NCBI GenBank assembly: GCA_965213685.1
Contig: CBDBZY010000007.1
Location: forward strand, 96,001-160,000
Length of the DNA stretch: 64,000 nt
Source of the DNA: a bacterium
GTDB taxonomy: Bacteria; UBA8248
Direction: 5' to 3'
Made by a program: the position numbers and the translations under genes. Positions 37,106 to 64,000 of this stretch are shown here, piece by piece. Under the pieces are notes generated by a model, which saw only the letters and a program-made list of their open reading frames with translations, made no database searches and was not told where the DNA came from. Every line of letters begins with the position of its first letter. Position 1 is the stretch's first letter.

Positions 37106-37279
37106 CATTAGTTATAACCCTATTGAAAATATTATGTGACTGCTGGTATGGTATAAGGTATGCACATGTAGTCTTTCACTGCAGTGTTGGCAGTCGTGAC
37201 AAACAAACAAACAAGAGCTCTGTAATAAATATATGCACATGTACATCATACACAAATTATTAAGCTAGGATGGTCTACA

Positions 37280-39214
37280 TCACAAGAGGGAGCATCGAGA
37301 GTTGGTCGTGTACTTCCTCTCGATGAACCTATCAGCGACTGTCAACATGTCCCTAGCCAAGTCCACTATCTTCTTGGCGGCCTTGTCGAACCCACGGTCT
37401 CTCCTGTCCCACACCTTCACCCCTCTCCTCCCCTCGTGGAAGTTGGTTACAAAGTAGATGTTCTGTCGTGTGAGATTCAGGTCCTCGAAGGCTTGCAAGA
37501 CTTTGTCCTTCTTGTGTTGGACCTCCACTGAGTAGTTGTGCCCGTGCCGCAGAGCCTCTTGGTAGAGGAGGTCAAGACAAGTGATGACTATGACTGGTTC
37601 GTACCCTGAGTGAGGGGACGGAGAGATCGAGGGGGTGAAGGAGGGAGAGAGGGAGGGAGGGAGAGGGGAGGAGAGAGAAAAATATTATGTACAGAGAGCT
37701 TAAGTCAGAGGCCCCTAGTTCAATCCCGTTCCTAAGCTTTTTCATCATGCACATACATGGAAATTCACACTTCACTAAACAGAAAATCAACACAGTGTGC
37801 AGTACCTCCTCCAATTATTCAGTACCATAGAAAATATCAACCCAAAACTATCCACACATTATAGCGGGTATACACTACATCTCCACATCTGTACAGGTAC
37901 AGGTACATACGTACCATATTTCGTGCAGTCCTTAAACACTTGCTGGAAGAACTCGAGACTCTCTGGGTCCAGAAATGGGTCTGAGGAGCCATCAAACACA
38001 AACACCACACAGTGGGGGACCTCGGCCAGGGTGCGCTCCCAGAAGAAACGGCGGGAGAACCACCAGTCTTTGGAGAGGAAGGAGGAGGGCCTGAGCTCAG
38101 CCCCATCACGATATATCCCCCTCAGCTCAAAGTCATGGATAGACTGCTCCACTGCATCATACTCCTAGAGGAGGGAAGAGAGAGAGAGTGAGAGAGGTGA
38201 GGGTGATATAGAAAAGAGAGTGAGTGAGGGCATTTCATAAGCTAACTGGTCAGACTCGCTCTCTCCCCCACCTCTCTCACGTTGTGTGATCTTTGAACTC
38301 TGCAAGTTGGACATCCTCAACTACAGGGTCAATGGCGACCTTTGACCCTGTACTTGAGGATGTCACACCTGGCATTTGCTTGCCTGAAGGAGGCATGTGA
38401 GCAAGGCAACCAGCTCACCTGGTCTCCTCGGGTGTCCTGGTACACGATGGTGCCCTTCCCATTGCCAAATGTCTCCAGCCAGGCCACAGTGCCGTGGGAC
38501 TCCTCATCAGGGTGGTTCAGCGTCATCTGGATCCTGGCTGGGAACTGGGACTCCTCCATCACTGCCCTGAACAGGCTGCCGATGAGGCTGGACTTGCCCG
38601 ACCCCACTGGACCTATGAACACAATGTCTGTGGGGGTGCTGGTGAAGGGCTCAGACAGATACAGTGGAACCCCTCCACCTCCTCAACAGCACACTCTGAA
38701 ACACAGACACCTACAAAAGACACTATTGCTATCTCCATACACCACATTTGTATGCATTTTGACCAGCATGTAAATAAGGACATTCTTTCTTGTCCCAAAG
38801 AGTGTCCTGATTAGAGAGGTTACGCTGTAATTGCCGCAGTGTATCAGTGAATGGTGCAGCTATTAGATGAGTATGTAGTCAAGCAAGTAGTAGTAAATAC
38901 TGGCTAGCTTGCGCGCGGGACGTGTTGGAACAGAAAGCCCACCAAAAGCCACACGTCTCTCTCTCTCTCTCTCTCGCTTCTTATCTCTACCCCCATAGCT
39001 TGCGGCCACCCCAAACGGGCAGGATACTGGCATGGGGTACCATCATGCGCTCCAGGTGGTCCCCAGACACGGGGTCTGGTTGACTCGACCTCCACTTGGG
39101 CGGATCGTAATTTTGCACGTCTTTGCGTCTCTTCTCCAGCCTCTGTTGCTCTTCGGGACGCAGCGTAAGTGCCGCGTCCAGCGACTGTTGGACGTCAGGG
39201 AGAGAGGTGGCCAT
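37280..39214 (-). CDS. IFI44-like P-loop GTPase-fold protein with C-terminal CaaX (CSLL); exons 39214-39028, 38627-~38419, ~38165-~37914, ~37605-37280
   Basis: Spliced VPHANIVFIGPVGSGKSSLIGSL (Walker A), YQDTRG (G3-like), VPHCVVFVFDG, PVIVITCLD (G4-like), IYFVTNFH; ends SRCSLL*. Confidence 0.8.
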
Positions 39215-39292
39215 CCTAACACTCCCCTCGGAAAAAATCGCGATTGCTCATTCTAATAATAGCGCACCTTCAATAAGCTAGAGACTGGAGGG

Positions 39293-42066
39293 ATGGGCAC
39301 AGCTGAATCCGTAGAGGGCACTGACTCGGGGGAGAGAAGAGGGGAGGGAGCGAAGGAGAGCCCAAGGCAGAAGGTACATTTACCAGAAGAGTTTACAAGA
39401 CGCTTCGAGGTGGTGGCGGAGATCGGGAAAGGCTCGTTCGGTTGTGTTTACAAAGTAAAGGACACTAAAACCAAAGGAGTGTATGCAGCCAAACACCTCC
39501 AGTACAACTCCAGCAACATAAAGGAGGTAAGAGAGCTACCTAATAGTACCTTACACGTCTCCCATTGCTGCAATATCAGTTATTTAGCACGCTAGCCGGG
39601 TAATATAGGTACACTCATTGTCTCTGCCCACCTCTCAGGTCCAGATCCAGGCAGGGCTGGAGGATGATCACGTGGTGAAGATCTATGACACCATCTCCCT
39701 CCCAGAGAAGGAGCAACTGTTCATCGTCATGGAGTTCTGCGAGGGAGGGAATCTCCAGCAGTGGATCAAGCGCAACCGCAGGCACCAGCAGCTGAACCAG
39801 ATCGTGAGAGCAGACCCTGCATGCCTCTCTCTGGCTGCTGCATGTACTAAGCAGCTAGTATTTATTGAACGGGTATTCGTGTAACAACTCTCCTGTTTAT
39901 TGGTAGGATATCGAGTGACACAACTGGATATCCTAGTCACTGGATATCCTAGTCAGGTGTTAGAGTTTAGGAGTGAGACGCATGTCCATGAAACTAAACC
40001 TAGCTGTCTAGTCATAGTGTAGTGATTACTGGTGTGGTAGTGTTTTGTGGTGTGTCACTCTTAGGAGATAATTATGAGTTTTGGGCAATGGTGACCTAAA
40101 TGTGTATGAAACTTCATAGATTGTTGTGTACATGTATTATAGTACACCCTGTAGGACAATAATTTGACAGACACTAGCCTTAACTATAGTGAAGCATTAA
40201 CTAAATGTTTCGGCCACTTGTCTGTGACCATCTTCAGTGGCCAATACATCTGCATCTCATTCGTCTCTGTGATCACACTTTATGGTCAGATTAACAAAGA
40301 GATATTCATTATGTCAACAACTTCTGTGTAAAAAATACCAAGTATGAATTCTAGCCAACCAGAAGTGTCCACCTGGTACTGCTGTTAGTTGTCCACACAC
40401 ATGCTGCTGCTGTGCCTGTGCAGGTGATACTGCAGATGCTGTTAGGGATCTGTGAGGCGGTGTACAGCTGCCACGAGAAGAAGGTCATCCACAGAGACCT
40501 GAAGCCGGAAAACGTGCTACTGGACAGCAAGAGGAGAATCAAGCTGGGTGAGGAGGGAGGGAGGGAGAGAGAGAGAGAGGGAGGGAGGGAGGGAGGGAGG
40601 GAGGGAGGGAGGGAGGGAGGGAGGAGGCAGGAGAAAAGATGTACATGTCTACAGAATTTGAACTCATTTTGCAGCTGACTTTGGTGTGGCAAGAGTACTG
40701 AACAGATCGTCCTACGCACAATCCTTCTGTGGTAAGAGCACACCGCAGCACCAAGCACACACCCCACCAAACCACACCCACTGCTAGCTGTGCTTATTCT
40801 CTCCCTCCCTCTCCCCAGGCACTCCTCCCTACATGGCTCCAGAGCTCTTCCTGAGCTACCTCGGGCAGGCGGCTCCCTCCACTGGGTACGCGTACATGTG
40901 TTCTCTTCAGAGACTTCTGCTAGAATGCCCTGTGTCATTGCCAATCCAATATACACATGTTAAGTGTGTCACATTGGTGAGGGCTGGTGTGCCCTGTGTG
41001 ATCTCCCCTGCAGGTATGATAGCAAGTGTGATGTGTGGTCCATAGGGTGCATTCTGTGGGACATGGCAAACTGCAAAAACAAGTTTGTGTTTGTAAGTGT
41101 ACACCAATGTGTACCTACAGCAATTGCAGCCTTGTTCCACTCAACACCTAGGAAACTTCGATGCCACTGTTCAGAGGGGGTAGGGTATAGCCTGTTACTG
41201 TAGTGCTCGACAAACACTGTGCAGCATAATGCACACACTAAATGCATCATCACTTGTGCTGTTAGACACCTGAAACAGCTTAATGAGGTGATGGATTCTC
41301 TCTCTCTCCCTCTCTCTCATACACAAATAGCAGTTGGGTCGGAACCTGGGACACAAGGTCTCTCAGGCATCGGACAGTTTAGGAGCCACTGAGATCTCTG
41401 ATCTAATTGACCAAGATGTTCCACAGGTCAGTTCACCCTCTCACCTCCCCCGCTCCCTCCCTTCCTGCATCTCTCCCTCCTTTCCTCCCTGCATCTCCCT
41501 CCCTGATCCCTTATCCCTTATTCCTCCACCCCCCCCCCCCCCCCCCCCCCCTCCATGGCCTCTCCTCGAACATCCCACTGTAGGAGTACCCGGTTGTGAG
41601 AAGACTGCTGCACTCGATGCTCAAGAAAAGTGCCCGGGACAGAGCCGCACTCTCTGACATCCTCCAGGACAGGGAGATGAGGGAAGCACTAGAGAATCCT
41701 CTAGATGGTGAGGCAGGCACTGCTATAAGAATATATAATAATTATTATAATACACTGCATAATTGTGTTAGGTGCAAAGTATAATTTGCAGATTGTTATG
41801 TGCAAACTGTGGATAGGCCCAGGCTAGGCAAACACAGATTGGACATGTGTCTCAACCCAGAATTTATTATCACAGCCAATTCATGGATTGTGCAATCAAT
41901 CTTCAGATGGTTGCATAATGTGTACCAATCCATTTTGTGCTGGACTATTGATTATTTTAATCCATCCTTTGCACATATTCTTAATTTGAATGCACTGCAC
42001 TTGCTCTTGTCCGTCTCCCCTCGTGCAGGCCATTGGTCAGATATTTATGACAAGGAAGACACATAG
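39293..42066 (+). CDS. NEK-like Ser/Thr protein kinase with N-myristoylation motif, 9 exons
   Basis: MGTAES; IGKGSFGCVY, AAK, LFIVMEFCEGGNL, VIHRDLKPENVLL, ADFGVARVL, GTPPYMAPE, YDSKCDVWSIGCILWDM. Confidence 0.9.
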
Positions 42067-42486
42067 CAATAGCTGTCAGTTCACTGTATTTTCGTGGGTT
42101 GTCTCCATCATTGTATATATGTCAGTCTGTCTCTGTTTGTCCATCTGATTTTGAAGTATGCATGTATGTTAGTGAGAGCAACATTTACTTGTGAAGGATG
42201 ACAAGAGTGATGTGCCACTTGTATGTGGATGAGGTCAATTATAGGGGGGAGAGGCTGGGGAAAATGGTATTAATTTTATTTAGTACACAAATATGGCAAA
42301 CATGCATACAATGCACCTCATTCACAAGATGAATACCATTAATTTGCATTCACATGAGTGGTAATACGTGATACAGTCAGTGCGGAGGCTGGTGTGTGAA
42401 TTGCTGCAGTTTTTGCTCACTGAGGGAACATGCAGTTGGTAATCATCGAGACAAGGCACTCAACACAATGAACATGTACGAGAATG

Positions 42487-43467
42487 CTACATCAGGGAAC
42501 ACACGCTGAGGAGGCCCTGGGGGTTGGGCTCAAGTCTTGCAATCTGAACCAGTTTCTCCGCCTGTCTGGTGTCAGGCTGGTCACCCCAGGAGAACACCTG
42601 GCCTCTGTCCAGGTAGGGTCTGAGGGGCGGCTGTAGGGAGAGGCGTGTTTTGAGGGGTGGGGAGAGGATGTCTGTGCTCTTTGTGGCCTGATGTGGGTGG
42701 TTCGGGGGAGGAGTGTAGTTGGAGATCAGGAACACAACCTTGTTTGGGCCTGGAGGAAGGATAGCAGAGGGAAGGGGGGGGGGGAGGTGTAAGGTATGAT
42801 AGTAAACACATTTCACCACTCGGCACCTACCCATCATAATCTCCACCTGTCTCAGTAGGGAAGAGTAGAACCCGTCCTGCCCAGTCAACAGAATTCTGGC
42901 CTCGGAGGCATTGTAGCACATGCAGATGAGGTCATGCTTCTTCAGCTCTCTGCTGTCAAAGTTCCCTCTGCAGAGAGCCTTTCTTTTCACTGTGAAGGGG
43001 ATAAACTTAGCCACAGCTACGTTGCTCTGCGGTACTTTCTCGACTAGATCTTGCAGAAAGGAGGCTGTCTTCTCTGGCTGGTCAAAGGCTCTGCCGATGA
43101 GTGCAATCAAAAGCTGTTCTGGCGTCTGTCTCTCGTAGCTCATGGAGGGCGTCAGGTATTCTGGGATGTAGAGAGATGCTCCACCTCTTGACTCGCTGTC
43201 AGAGCTCGAGCTGGTGGAGCTGGTGGAGGTCTTGTTCGGTCTCCGGTCCCGAACGAGTACTTGCTCGCCGACTGGGACGGTCGTACCAGCAGCTAGATCA
43301 CTGGACATGTGGTAGACTGAAGCCACGCTCTGTGGCTCGGGTGATGGGCTTTTATTGGAATCACTGTCTTTATGCTGCTCTTCGTCTACAAGGGGAGCTT
43401 GAAGCGCCTCTTCATACTCGCTCGTAGCTCTTTCGCTGAGCTGTAGGTCTAGTCCAATGGCATCCAT
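42487..43467 (-). CDS. Uncharacterised ~299-aa protein: disordered Ser-rich N-terminus, alpha/beta domain, CaaX (CSLM); 81-nt intron 42830-42750
   Basis: Long open frame; GT-AG in-frame intron with a pyrimidine tract; domain LLIALIGRAF...HDLICMCYNASEARILLTG...GPNKVVFLISNY...GQVFSW; ends VCSLM*. Confidence 0.75.
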   Translation of the reverse strand: MDAIGLDLQLSERATSEYEEALQAPLVDEEQHKDSDSNKSPSPEPQSVASVYHMSSDLAAGTTVPVGEQVLVRDRRPNKTSTSSTSSSSDSESRGGASLYIPEYLTPSMSYERQTPEQLLIALIGRAFDQPEKTASFLQDLVEKVPQSNVAVAKFIPFTVKRKALCRGNFDSRELKKHDLICMCYNASEARILLTGQDGFYSSLLRQVEIMMGRCRVVKCVYYHTLHLPPPLPSAILPPGPNKVVFLISNYTPPPNHPHQATKSTDILSPPLKTRLSLQPPLRPYLDRGQVFSWGDQPDTRQAEKLVQIARLEPNPQGLLSVCSLM

Positions 43468-43718
43468 GACAAAGTCCCACCCACCACACTCAAAGTACAC
43501 ATCTCTGACCCGTAACCCCAATGTGACGTCACAATATGCAATTATTCTTAGTGTTTGTGCAGAGTTAATAACTATTATTACACTGCGTATGTCATGAGCG
43601 GTAGTAAGGTAAGTATAAGCTGAGAGAGTAAACTGGGCGTAGTTTGTACTTACTGTGTATAAAAATTTAATAGCAATGTAGAGCATGTAAGTAGTCGTTG
43701 GGGGGGCGGAGCAGTCTT

Positions 43719-43732
43719 CTTGCCATGGCAAC
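43719..43732. promoter_or_regulatory. RFX X-box in the bidirectional promoter upstream of FBF1
   Basis: CTTGCCATGGCAAC, one mismatch to GTTGCCATGGCAAC, 78 bp before the FBF1 ATG. Confidence 0.55.
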
Positions 43733-43810
43733 TGATAAACAGTCGTTCAGAGCTGCATTACCGTAGCCCATGGATAGCTATAAGAGTTTCGGTCCGAAGC
43801 TCTTGTATTT

Positions 43811-50224
<6,414 letters not shown>

Positions 50225-50320
50225 TGCATGGCTTGTTTATTTATTGTAAATACACAGATTGTTTATTTTGGAGGATAATGTACAACTACATATATGTGGA
50301 CTTTAATTAACATTTTTATA

Positions 50321-52012
<1,692 letters not shown>

Positions 52013-52201
52013 TGTACACTCCACAACAACACCGCTTTGCTTTTGCTGCTGCTTGCCGTTTTTATTTGCACCACGTGTTTATCCGTTGCTATGTACGGGT
52101 CCGTTGCTAAGGGCGTTTGCGCTCACGTGTAGATTTCGCTCGATCGCGGGAAACTCAAAGACGACAGTGGGAAATCGGCCGTGTGATTCGTCCTCTGAGC
52201 C
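52013..52201. promoter_or_regulatory. Bidirectional promoter EVG1 / WDR90 with two X-box half-site motifs
   Basis: CCGTTGCTATGTAC (~52083) and CCGTTGCTAAGGGC (~52101) between divergent ATGs 189 bp apart. Confidence 0.45.

Positions 52202-64000
<11,799 letters not shown>

Noticed and set aside
38660-38696. In-frame TGA in V-C-C-*-G-G-G-G upstream of the IFI44-like P-loop, suggestive of selenocysteine
   Set aside because: The segment lies inside the U12-type intron 39027-38628, whose removal gives a better family motif (PHANIVFIG) with no recoding. I did not identify a SECIS.
43468-43731. 88-aa N-terminal extension of the 414-aa ORF
   Set aside because: It starts at a TTG, is AT-rich and overlaps the shared promoter and X-box; the ATG at 43467 is the more plausible start.

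Overview
Gene-dense animal genomic DNA, most likely from a demosponge (inferred from short microsatellite-filled introns, TACATGTA-rich spacers, TAG...CTA MITEs and a kinase-coiled-coil-Kelch gene). I reconstructed about 16 protein-coding genes by hand. In order: meteorin-like (partial), PEX10, B3GNTL1/QTGAL, a small NDUFA3-like gene missing from the ORF track, a divergent PP1-like phosphatase, cytohesin, a phospholipase C with an extra N-terminal PH domain, ACO2, PIGX, an IFI44-like P-loop protein, a NEK-like kinase, an unknown CaaX protein, FBF1, C22orf23/EVG1, WDR90 (partial), and a kinase-Kelch gene nested antisense in WDR90. The window also holds an intronic tRNA-Val(TAC), an AcademH-type transposon derivative (66-bp TIRs, 9-bp TSD, RecQ fragment), several MITEs and a palindrome-ended repeat element. 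Most (HT)n/(CV)n/(ER)n ORFs in the track are microsatellite artefacts. The strongest leads are: a cluster of three predicted lipid-anchored proteins (IFI44-like with CaaX, myristoylated kinase, unknown CaaX protein); a U12-type intron in the IFI44-like gene; splice acceptors built from (CA)n repeats; a 163-bp PLC-to-cytohesin junction with an acceptor-like site; and a tRNA whose Pol III terminator doubles as a splice polypyrimidine tract. All gene names come from recognising motifs by eye; no database searches were run.
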